38,410 nucleotides of DNA, taken from the NCBI GenBank assembly GCA_024704765.1, contig JAKMXF010000363.1, positions 1 to 38,410 on the forward strand. The letters run 5' to 3'. The stretch is from Oopsacas minuta (lineage: Eukaryota > Animalia > Porifera). Positions 23,073-34,215 of the stretch are shown here, piece by piece. Within the stretch, counting starts at the first letter, position 1; the number at the start of each line of letters is the position of its first letter. The translations under genes and the position numbers were made by a program. Under the pieces are notes generated by a model, which was not told where the DNA came from, ran no database searches, and worked only from the letters and a program-made list of their open reading frames with translations.

Positions 23073-24499
23073 TATTTGTAGATATTTTCAGCTATATAGT
23101 GAATGATCTTCCAAATTTAGAATATTAGCTGTAATTTCCCCCTAAAGTGGCCCGAAAGTCGGAGTATCTATAATCAGCGCAGCGAGCAAGCAAAACTCGT
23201 TTGTGGAATGTAATATCTCTCCAATATTATTCTACATCATGTTCAATATAGTTATAAATAAATAAATATAGTGCACAGCATGCTTCAACGAGTTTCCTAG
23301 AAGAATGAACTAGTCAAAATATCAGCTGTTAGTAACTAGAATATAGTATCACTCGACTTTGAAGAAATATTTGTCTAAATCAATAAAAATTAACTATGAG
23401 AAATTTAACCCAGTTAAGAATACTTGGTATGAGACAACAATTATCGAATACCAGTATGTGATTTGTCATTAATAGAAATACTTTGCGATTAGTAGTAAGA
23501 CAGAAAAGTCTTGCTCCTCTTCACATATACTTTTCATAAATTATACGGTAAAAGTTCAGCATGATTACAATGGAATTCATATATAATGTATTCAACGTTA
23601 CATAAAAAATACGGAAGTGAGAAAGAGATAACGAGCTGGGAATATATGAGCAAGCATGATGACCAGACAGATATTCTGATCTGTGTCCAGGCTAGCCCTG
23701 TGCTAGAAAAATTCTTCCTTTTTCACTCCACTTCAAACCTATTTGATGTATTTTTGACGCCTTAAAATTTTGAATCTCTGAGAAGCTAGGTGGATTTAGG
23801 TGTAAATTCTGAAATAGTTGCAATCTCAGCCGATGGTTGTTCCATTATGTAGTACTTCGCCGAATATCACGATAGGATAGTTAATTATATTCGTCAGTGA
23901 ACGAATGAAAATGCGAGTCAAAATAATAGAAAAGGGAAACTGAAATTATTTGTCATATTCTACTTAGGGCGTTCAAAAGTTCGGAATCCATGTCTACAGA
24001 TGTGAATGTATACTTGTTGTTCCATTAAAAGGTTTGTTTAGATTTGTATATAGGTATACTATTGACAACAGTGATCAGCAACCTTTTGTGCCTAAGAGAC
24101 AAATTGAGTTATTCAGTATTTTGCATGGCCTAAGCGATCATCGTTCTCTGATCCTACTCGTAAGTATCTATTGTAGAAATGGTAATTAAGAATATAATAT
24201 CATAGAATGATGTTGAAAAGTTCATGTGATTTCTGATGCTGCTTAACCATGAGAGGGATATGTAATCAGGTGACATAATAGATCTTGATAATCGCACCAC
24301 ACTTTCTAAATGGTCTTCCTTTAGTCTCGTTTTAGCTTGATTTTGCGTATTTCATTTTTGATAACACTTGCTAACGTAAATAAATATCACCAAAAAATAC
24401 TGCAATTGTCTTGGCATGTTTCCTCAGTACTAGAAATTTGTCACTAGTTGAGTAGTTATGATAGAATTCCACAAGAGAAAGATCCCGAAACGTAAACTC

Positions 24500-25090
24500 A
24501 ACAGAATTTTGAAGCTCGATTTACTCCGATGGTATCACTTCTTAATGCGGACAATTCAATTGTTTCAATAGAACTCCCACAGTTGCAACTTTCCTTGAAA
24601 TGCAGATATATACATGTTCATAAAGAACATTAACTTGCTAATTCTTACCCTGTAGTTTCAAATTTAAATTGTTCAAATGATTGATAATATCCACTAGAAA
24701 AGCAAAATCTGAAAACCATCTTGTATCAGAGGACATTCCTTTACCAATTCTGCCTCAGAAAATTGCTGCATTCTTTGGGCAATAAATTTACTAATAGCAA
24801 AACTAGTACTGTTGTTTTTGATTCAGTCTCGTGCTTTGTGAAAATACCCTGCCATTTACCCAAGGATTCTTGCAAACCTTGAATTATAACTCTTCACGCT
24901 TCTCCAATATTTGAATCTAGCTTCTCCGAGTGCTTTGTCATGTAATGTCGCTTTACCGTATCACACACATAATTATTCTGAGAGGTCTAGTTTAAACAAT
25001 ATGGGCATGGTAAATGGAATTTCCAGAAAAAGACATCATGTTATTGTCACAGAAATAGGAATACTTTTCAAGATGAGATAGATTACGTAT
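24500..25090 (-). pseudogene. hAT transposase remnant of SPIN/GTF2IRD2/EPM2AIP1-like type, internally deleted
   Basis: Minus strand PCPYCL..VKRHYMTKH, SFAISKFIA....FSEAELVKEC, fused directly to WFSDFAFLVDIINHLNNLNLKLQGKN..AFQGKLQLW. Confidence 0.8.
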
Positions 25091-26889
25091 AGTATCCATA
25101 AATTACTCAAAATATACTCAGGCATCCACCCAAGTAATTTCAAATAATTCTTGATGACTAAAACATGGAAAGTTCATAACAGTTTCGATATAATATCTGG
25201 TTTGTTGGATCAGTTGTTATTGATTAATTAACAAGTTTATTATTCATAGGGATAAAAATAAGCAAATATAATAAACGTATTGCGACAGCGGATTCATCGG
25301 AAGCCGCGACTTACGATGAAGAAAGGCTAAAGAGAACAAAGTCTACAAATTTCCATCCAAAGGATTGCAACAGATGACTCAGGGATTCATTATTTGAAAT
25401 TAAAAAAATTAGTTTAGAAGTGGCCAAGTGAAAGTGAAAGGCTCCAGAGATACAAAGGACAGCTTTGTAGGCAAGCTACTCAGGATTTGAAGAAAATCGT
25501 TTTCTCTTACGAAAAGATTTTCAACATTAGAGAAGTGATTCATGAGTCATCTTGATTTTAACATTCAGATTTTTAGTGCAGCTGCTATAGGGAGTTTCCT
25601 TTTGTAATGGACGTCGTACGACGTCTGTCATTCATGCCACATTTTGGTGTAGATTTACACATGTGTGTGAAATTAAGAATACTTTCATGCCTTTTGGAAG
25701 GGTGAAGTTAAACTAATCAGATTGAATCTGGTCCTACTAAGTAAATGTATTCACATGTCAGTATAGTGCAGTAAATATTTGATGACACTGAGGCCCCCAT
25801 TCACCAACGAACTAAAATTTACTTAACTTTAAGTAATTATAAGTATATGGTTAACTAAAGAAACATCTAAGAATTTGCTTGTTTAAAGAAATAGCTTGAT
25901 TTCAAATGTTTATTCTGGAAACGTCTGATGTTACCAATATTTTAGCAGTTATTCAACAACTTTAATTTATAGACCACAATGATATAATTGATAAAATACC
26001 CTGACTAGTCAATGATTGTTAATACAGAAATACTTCAAACTACTCATAAGATTATACGTATACAAATTTAGACAGAAACACCATTTACATGCAAGATAGT
26101 AAGAGTTAAGTCAGCCTCAGATAGGACTTAAGATAAAAACTAGTTATTCACTTAACTTTAATCAAATACCTAGTTACTCAGCCGACTACTTGTAGTAGGC
26201 CAGTTCGAAAATGAGTGCCTGTATGTTAGTTATTTTTTGTTTTTTCCTTTCTCTGTAGCCGGTGGACTGGCCACACCGTTAGAGATTAAGTGTTGAAACT
26301 CTGGGGATGGATTGGTATGTGGTCAAAGATGTGTACCTCGGTAACGGTTATTTGTGCCACTTGACACGTTTTCTACTCCAGCGAAATGATTCTAAGACGG
26401 GGATTTATGAAATTGAGATGAAAAAGTTCGCACAAAGATTCTGCGTCGAATAGCAGTTCAAGAATATTTTCATCGTTTCTGAGTTCATTGAAATAAACTG
26501 TTTAAAGTGGAATTATGTACCCCTTAAGGTTCACAAATTCCACTTACATTCCTGAAGTAACGTGTTGCAAGATCGCACTTAATGTGCAACTTTTGTTTTT
26601 ATTCACATAGTTTGTTCATAATTGATTGATTCTACTTGATTAATTTCAATTGCCTTCATAATAGTATATTGCTGAATTGAATACGCACAATGTAGGAGTT
26701 TTGTATGTATTGATTGGGGTACACAAGACATAGTTGGATATAAATAGCGGTAAAATATGATATTTCATTTTAAAGTTTGAATTTCAACTCTAATTCTAAC
26801 TTTGGGAAGCTAGTTGAAATTCGAGAAGTATACAAATTCTCCTATATGATGTCATAGCGGTTTTAAATTTGTTTCCGGTCCATAGCATG

Positions 26890-28105
26890 TGGATTAAGAA
26901 TTCAAATTATATATATATACATTACTGGTGAACCAGTAATGTGAATTCTATTGTGAGATAATACATCCGATACATTGTGTCGCTATTGTGGCACACAAGT
27001 GGAATTCGTTGAAGATTGAGACTCCAAAAATACGCACGTATCCACATTACTAGTGAAGGTCGAACTTGAACCCCGGACTGAAATTTCTTTCCTGACACAT
27101 TATATTGCTATTGTGGCGCATGAGTGGTTACTCGATATTCGTTGAAGATTAGCATTCTAAACTTAGTATACACATTCCTAATGAGCATATAATTTCGTTC
27201 CGGTTGGTAAATCATAAACCGAGAAAATGTGTCGTGTTTATGGTACATATATGGTTGCTCGAGAATGGTTCAAGATTTAGAATCCAAAATTTGTACATGC
27301 ATTCATAGTTAAGGTTCGATTTGCATCCCCGTGCGAAAGTTGTTATCCAACACATTGTGTGACTATTGTGACACGAGAAAAAGTACTTCCGAAACATATA
27401 CCTAAATATCAAAACACTTAAGATAAAATTACCCCCTGTGACTCCTCCAATGCCTTGGGAGGCACTAACGCCAACACTAACGGAAATGATAATGCCTCCA
27501 ATGGCAGTGGCAAAGGCACAGGGGGTAATATCATACAATATTTCCTTTCTCCGTAGACGGTGCACTGGCCAGACAGTTCAATACTAAGAGCTGGAAATTT
27601 GGGAATGACCTTAAAGTTGGTTAAATATGTGCACCTCGGTATACAATATTTTGTGTGGCACATGTGTGGTTTATAGGAATCTAGCCTTGGGATTTGCACG
27701 AAACTTTCTAAATATTTACAGTACAATATTTTAGACTGAATTACACTTTGAAATTAATTCTAATAGTTCTACTCTACCCGTAAAATTGCATTAAGTCGTT
27801 ATAACATCATGCTCATACATTGGCAATCCAGGCCAAACCGCTGGAGGTTAAGAATTCAAACTTTACATGCACATATTATATGACATAAAAATTAGCTTTT
27901 CAGTGAAAATTTCACTGTCCGACACATGGTGTCTTAATTGTGAGACACAGGTGGTTATTCCTTATTCGTATAAGTTTGAGACTCAACAATTTCTATCTAG
28001 ATTGCTAGTCAATGTTTAAAATACATTTCGGTGTAAAATTTCTTTACCAACACATTCTATCGCTATTGTGGCACACTGGTGGTCACTCAGGATTCGTTTT
28101 TTGGC
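26890..28105. repeat. diverged tandem repeat, unit ~125-128 bp, interrupted
   Basis: Core ACACATTGTGTCGCTATTGTGGCACAC recurs with anchors at ~26983, 27108, 27235, 27363, (27650), 27935 and 28063. TTAAGAATTCAAA at 26894 and 27848 marks a ~950-bp higher-order duplication. Confidence 0.75.
27432..27525. mobile_element. 94-bp GC-rich MITE with CCCCC termini
   Basis: Perfect 13-bp IR ATTACCCCCTGTG (27428-40) / CACAGGGGGTAAT (27517-29), flanked by TA (or TTA/TAA). Superfamily not assignable. Confidence 0.65.
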
Positions 28106-28139
28106 GGATCCTCTGCACAACATTATTGGTCACGGGAAA

Positions 28140-28310
28140 TGTCCTACTGTTCGAGGTCGGCCAGGTCAAGGTTTGCTAGCAATGCTTCCTGTATCATTGC
28201 AACGGAACAGAGTGCCTGATACAAACATTTCGTTCGTTTTGACTTTTGAGCAATTTAACTATTTGAGACTTCGTGTTTCCTGCACCCAAAAGTTGGATAA
28301 TAGCTGATCT
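28140..28310 (-). pseudogene. Tc1/maT N-terminal HTH fragment
   Basis: RSAIIQLLGAGNTKSQIVKLLK..TLFRCNDTGSIASKP*PGRPRTV, similar to the N-terminus encoded at 21303-21140. Confidence 0.6.
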
Positions 28311-29038
28311 TTTATACTCCATTGGCAAACGGTATGGAAAATACAAAAAAATTAAGAGTAGAAATGAAAACTGTGTTAGAATGATTGTAGAGACAAATTG
28401 GAGTAAGATAAAATCAAACGAGTACTAGCAACAGTTAAGAAGGAACTTGACAAATGTCGCCGTTATGCATAGGTGGCTATACAAAGGTAGATACATATAT
28501 ACAAAACAGTCTCGGAAAACAGCCCGAAAAGAGAACTTTGGGGCTTCTGCGATGTATACATATGGGGACAGTCAAAGTATTTCCTTAAACGAGGACTTAT
28601 CATATTCCACAGTTTCTACATTCACACTTGACAACTGTGCAAGAATTCCCTGAACATTTCAAAATTTAATCCGAAAATATAGTTGATGATAAAATTTTGT
28701 CATAATTGGATTAAATATGGATTCTCTCTGTTGAGTTTTCTCTTATGATTTCAGATATACTTACACTGAATACACTACACTACCGATATAACGAACACTG
28801 ATTATTTGAACTACCAGACAATACCGATTTCGGAACTGTTTAGGATAACATCAGTGCCATTAAATACCATAAATAAATGCGTAAATCTACAAAAAGTCAG
28901 ATATTTCGATATGAACTATAATATAGTTCATCAATTTTGTGTTCGTTATATCAGTAGTGTAGGCATATTTACGCATCGCGATGAATTCATTATTGACTAC
29001 GGTAACGTGACATGTACAAGGTTCTGCTACCGCATACA

Positions 29039-29589
29039 TACTGCCCTGCCAAAAGTATTGGAACACCACGAAATACTAAGTAGCACAAGTAGCCGAGAGA
29101 CATAAATTATGAAATAATCAGAAATTCACCTTAACAACTTTTAATCATGATTTTGTGAGGAAATATAACATTTCAACCCATTTTTAAATAATTCACACTT
29201 ATTGATATGTATTCCTGCCACTATATGAAACTTATGAGACGAATGGCACAAAATGAACAGTACTCATAATTCATTAGGAAACAATGTCAATAATTAGGAA
29301 ATTTGGATCTAGGGTAATTCATTGTGTATATTCCAAATGTACAGTCAGATTTCATATAAAAGCAATATATTTGTTGACATCTTGTTCCCAGAAAAATTAG
29401 CTTATAATATTACTAATAAATTAACAGCTCATGGAATGTCAAATAATTTCACTCAATTTTACGCTAACACAACAAACTGTATATTTCACTTTCCGTCTTA
29501 GCTGCCAACTAAATAATTAGCCGATAAATTGAACGATCGGTACATGGATGGATATTTGGTGGCGATCCAATAATTTTGGCCACGCAGTG
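29039..29589. mobile_element. ~550-bp Tc1-type MITE, copy 2 (inverted relative to 10508-11061)
   Basis: TIRs TACTGCCCTGCCAAAAGTATTGGAAC / rc CACTGCGTGGCCAAAATTATTGGATC; TA at 29590-91. Interior is colinear with the reverse complement of copy 1. Confidence 0.85.
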
Positions 29590-30168
29590 TATGCTATCGA
29601 GACTTTATATTTGTAATATATGCATTAATTCGAAAGAATAGGAAAGGTCAGGAATAATTTCACTTCAAACGATGTTTCTACACACGATTTAAGCTCTTCA
29701 TCACTGCCAAAGTGAATGCCACGAAGATGAGATTTCAAGTGGAGAGAGAAATTGAATCTTGGCCATACACTGCTACCATTAGAGGATGGATTTCAAAGGC
29801 TATTTGTCATTCTTTTACCAAAAACCTTATTATGACTCGATGCTCCAATTTGTCTGAATTCATAATACTTTTAAATGAAAATATGAATGAATTATTCTGA
29901 AGCTAGGACGAAGCACAAGAAAGTTAATTCTTTAAGGTTAAACAACAATATGTGAATGTTTCTACACAATAAATTTCATAGCTCTATATATAGTTTTTGT
30001 ATAGTGAACATATACCGGTGCATAAATAAACACAACAAACCCTTGCTCCCTGTATAAATCAATTCCCATATTGGCTCCCAACTGAACATCTAATCGAGAA
30101 TGGCTCGTTCATTACATAGATATTCGGTGGTGGACGAACAGATTTTTCGCTTAGTATATACTATATAT

Positions 30169-30604
30169 CAAGGTTGAAACAAAATGTTCCATCTTCGGTC
30201 GGAACGAATATTATTTGGCAAATAGTTGATATTTGGTTGGCAACATAATATCAGTATCTGGTATTCGGTTGGGTACCAAATATATTTGGTTGATATTCGG
30301 TTTACTATTCGGCCAACTATTCAGTTTATATATGCTATCAATTCTGTTGAAGTTTGAATGACTAATTAGGTGACTTTGATTAACTCTTCAGTTATATTTC
30401 GTTAACTCGCCGTTGTTTCAACCAATTTACTGATTTTTTACGGTTACTTGGTTGATATTAGAAATTATTTGGGTGATATTTGGTTAATTGTTCGGTTAAT
30501 TGTCTGGCTAATATTTAGTTGACCAAATATATTCGGTTCAACAACTATTTGGTCAACCGAATATTTGGTTGAGGTACTATTCGATTGGAGCAGTTTCAAC
30601 CTTG
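30169..30604. mobile_element. 436-bp hAT-type MITE with ATTCGGT/ATTTGGTT repeat-rich interior
   Basis: Perfect 12-bp TIR CAAGGTTGAAAC. 8-bp TSD ctatatat (30161-68) / ctacataa (30605-12), 6/8 match. Confidence 0.75.
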
Positions 30605-30940
30605 CTACATAAACATGTATATACATACAGTTAAACTTGTCTATAGCGTTCACCCAAGGGACTGGCCAAAAGTGGGCGTTTGGTTCATTGCTAAATCTAC
30701 AAATATAGACAGTAAATATTATGTTTACTCTACAATAAATTGTATTTGAATGAAGCCATGAAACAGATATTTATGTACAGTCTGTCAAGATGAAATTTAG
30801 AATTTTTGCTGCATTACATTATTGATTATAAGCATCAAGCAGAGCTTAGCAAGAACAATATCATTGCTTAGCATATCTAAATAAACCATTTGAATTTGTT
30901 TACAAACTTGAGAGTGCCAACGTACCAATCTTGTGAGATA

Positions 30941-31080
30941 CAGCAGAACCTCTGTAAGTGGGGGAGGTTGGGCCGCGAGTTGCCATTCACTCCCCCATTC
31001 CCCACTGAGAATTGTATTAGTAATTGATCGTAGCTTGGATGGATAACCTAGATATCCGAACACATTCCGCAAATATAGTA
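30941..31080 (+). repeat. truncated second copy of the 6345-6856 MITE
   Basis: TA|CAGCAGAACCTCTGTAAGTGGG...TTGGATGGATAACCTAGATATCCGAACACATT matches 6345-6484. Homology stops at a TA that is followed by CAGTCGAAACCGG (possible nested insertion end). Confidence 0.85.
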
Positions 31081-31439
31081 CAGTCGAAACCGGTTTTTTC
31101 TCGCACTGGGTTGTTCTTACCAATTTTCCCTGCAAACATTAAATAATTCGTGTATTTCATTAATTTTCATCGGTATATTCGGACATAATTATAGAAGTTG
31201 TGCTGTATATCTATTCTTGCACAGTCGTATAACACGTTATTTAGTATAATTTTTACTGACCAGTATCCGCACCTTTAAGTGGCTCAAACCTGGTAATCCT
31301 AGTCCACTAGTGTAATTAGTTCAGTAAATGAAAGAGTTAAGCAGATAGACCATATTTAAATGTTATTTCAAGCTGGCACTACGAAAGCTTCAGAAATTCC
31401 AACAAGAATAGACCTTTCTATTAGCACTGTCTAAAGAAA

Positions 31440-32165
31440 AAATTCCTATATAGTGGAAAAATGATGGTATTGAGAGGAAGATGGGTTTAGGGAAATCAAG
31501 AAATTGATACCAAATGAAGTCAGAGCTCTAGTACAGCTTGCTATTCACAATTGTAAGATGTCAGTACGAAATTTGATAAAAATTTCAACCTAACACGTAG
31601 GCAAACTTCTCTCATGAGACAGTGAGAAAGGAGTTGCTAAGGAGTGGGTACAGCCGTAAGTTCGCTAGGAGAATTCCATAGCTTATAGACAAACATAGGC
31701 AGCAACAAGTATCCTGAGACGAAGAAACAGTCAAGCCAACCTGCAAACATACTCCGGAAACCACATGTTTGGGATGATTCTCCGCTCGTGGAACCTTTCC
31801 GTTGAAGTTTTTCGCGAGATCTAACCGTAGATATATATACAATTATTTTAAACGAGTGTATTCTTGCCCAAGGAGAAGTTTTGTTCCCTAACGGATGGGT
31901 TTACAGGAGGATAACGATCCAAATCACACATCAAAGATTGCTCGTAAATTCGTGAAGATAGTGACATAAGACGTATGGATTGCCATTCATGCAGTCTAGA
32001 TTTAAACCTGATTGAAAATCTGTTGGCATGGATGAACATCAATTGACCTGACTTCTACTTCATCACTTATGGAGCTTGAAACAACTCTTTATCAAGTATG
32101 GAACTTCATTGAGCAGGAATTTTTACTATCTTATTGGTAATCAATGCCCAAAGTATTAAATTAGT
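31440..32165 (+). pseudogene. Tc1 (DD34E) transposase remnant, internally deleted
   Basis: HETVRKELLRSGYSRKFARRIP, KHTP..HVW, FPNGW.LQEDNDPNHTSK-x34-E (LDLNLIENL), with frameshifts. Confidence 0.8.
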
Positions 32166-32173
32166 CACTAGTA

Positions 32174-33201
32174 CTGTTGTAAGACGGTTCAGCTACCATA
32201 ATGGTTCAACTACCTTGCATTACAGAACCATTGATGCTATATATCCATGACGGTTTAACTATGTTATGGTTTCTGCTATTACACATCAAAATAAATTTTG
32301 AGGAATGCATATTTCTGTTTAAATATTTATGTAAATGAATTTTGCAAATTCACCAATTGTACCCAAGCATTACTTGTAACAGTTAAACAATTGAAGATAG
32401 TTGTTTATCACACATGTTTCCTTATTATTTACTAGCGAAGCATTCCACACAATTTAACCGAGCCAAAAACATCACCATCTCAGGGTGATTCGAAATTGTG
32501 TACACATATGCCACTACATGTTGTAAGAATATCCTGATTGACAAAGTGCAAACAATCGTTTAAGTGAATTCTGGCCTCGGATTCAGGATCTACAGCATGG
32601 AATTTCCTAGAAAGTGAAAACATACAAGGAATTATAGATTATTTATCGAAGAAGATCTTCGAACTATTTCGAGAGTCTTTGGATTGGTAAACCACGAATA
32701 TGCAAAGTATATGTGTAACTTGAAATGCCGTAATAAAGCTTCCTGATGGTCATGGGACCTGGAATTTTCAGAATATTCTTACAACATGTAGTATATGTAT
32801 ACAAAATTTCGAATCATTCTGACAGGGTGATGCTTTGGGCTGTGAAAAGGTATGGAATGCCTCTAGCATGAATGTTGTGAAACACTTAATCTGTAAAAAT
32901 CCACTATAGGGTAAACAAATGAGGCATTCTAGCATAATTGTGTCCCAATATGCATACCTACAAGGAACATTATTGGGTTTGGGTACCCGAAAAATCACCA
33001 AAATGGGGCCAGCCCACCAATTGGTGGAATTTGAGGGGTGTGTGACCCCTTGGCTCCCTATTGCTACGTCCCTAATATTATTTGATGTGTAATGATAAAT
33101 GATACAAGTTGAGAAGCCATAACATAAAGGTAACCAAACCGTCATGGATGCATAGTATCCTTGGTTCTGTAATGCAAGATAGTTGAACCGTCATACAACA
33201 G
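32174..33201. mobile_element. old foldback-type element with ~370-bp diverged inverted arms
   Basis: CTGTTGTAAGACGGTTCA..CTTGCATTACAGAACC..ATCCATGACGGTTT (32174-32250) mirrors 33110-33201. TGATTCGAAATT..ACTACATGTTGTAAGAATAT (32486-32535) mirrors ~32765-32820. A GC-rich insert (~32961-33073) sits in the right arm only. Confidence 0.75.
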
Positions 33202-34215
33202 ATACTAAAGGTTCAAAAATAAATATTAAACTCAATACATACATCGACATAATCCATATATTAATAATCGGTATTAAGCCTGAATATACTCGTACTATGT
33301 AAATGAACTTTCTCAATTTCATCTTGACATACTGTATGACCAGTTGATCATGAAAGATTCAGAAAAGAAAGTCAAGAATGTTTGTTCCAACCAAGGTTGG
33401 AACCATGCTAACTTTTCAGGATCCAGACGAAACCCGACGATTCGCACACACAACCGTTTCTTCCATTCCTAAAACCGATTCCGATTTGAATATTGATTAT
33501 AACTCACACTGGTACCAAACAAACTTAGATAATCATATGATCAAGTATCGCCAAAAGACTCTACTATATCAATAACCTATTCAAGAATAAGGTGTTTGAG
33601 AAATTTTCAAACCTTTTAGTAAGGAATTATAAATGGAGAGGTGGGAAATAGTGAAATGCACAACTCGTCAATATAATATTAAACTGTGTCTGTGATATGC
33701 ACCCAAAAAAGCAAATTAAATGTAGAACTACTAGGAGTAGAGCACACTATGAGGTTGGGGAGAAGGTTTCAGAAACAAATCCCGCGGGTATGCCAAACAC
33801 ATCATGTGAAATCGGTCCCCAAAGCAGCCCTTCATTTGGATGCGCGTCGCGAACCCAGGGGTGTGTGATTTTGAGAATAAATTGTGAAGTTGTGAGGAAT
33901 ACGGTCCTAACTGGGTGCGGAGATCCACCCATATTTTAGAGAAAAAATAGCGAGCTTGTCAATATGCAAAGCATAGAAAATATTAATTATCGAGTGGGTT
34001 AAGAACAAAATATTTGGAATATTTAATAAATTTAGGCGCGTGAAAAATATATCTGCACACCTAAGGTGCGCCAATGTTCTAAGGCTAGATGAACTCCTGT
34101 GTATATTCCAGAATACACCAAAGCCGAACAATTTGAGAAGTCTCAGAAAGTTCAACCTTGACAATCGACAAAAAACTGAACCAGTTTCATATAATATTGT
34201 ATGTATTCTATAATA

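Noticed and set aside
23961-23985. Mariner-like TIR (TAGGGCGTTCAAAAGT) as the partner end of the 3050-3776 element
   Set aside because: Isolated, 20 kb away, with no transposase sequence following it.
27212-27565. Hydrophobic, membrane-protein-like ORF on the minus strand
   Set aside because: The hydrophobic stretch comes from reading through the 27432-27525 MITE and repeat units.
26960-28105. Tandem repeat read as a CxxC protein repeat (DTLCRYCGTQV, DTWCLNCETQV)
   Set aside because: Unit lengths of 125-128 bp are mostly not multiples of three. The frame shifts between successive units and stops occur, so a coding repeat is not supported.
32768-33145. 125-aa ORF
   Set aside because: It spans a foldback arm and a GC-rich insert; the mirror arm is not open. 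Chance ORF.
33384-33403. Perfect 9-bp hairpin GTTCCAACC-AA-GGTTGGAAC
   Set aside because: Single short palindrome with no Helitron CTRR end or other context.
33686-33939. Four overlapping ORFs in a GC-richer patch (gene or ncRNA?)
   Set aside because: No recognisable domain, splice pattern or RNA family. The ORF overlap is explained by higher GC. Probably an unassigned repeat fragment.
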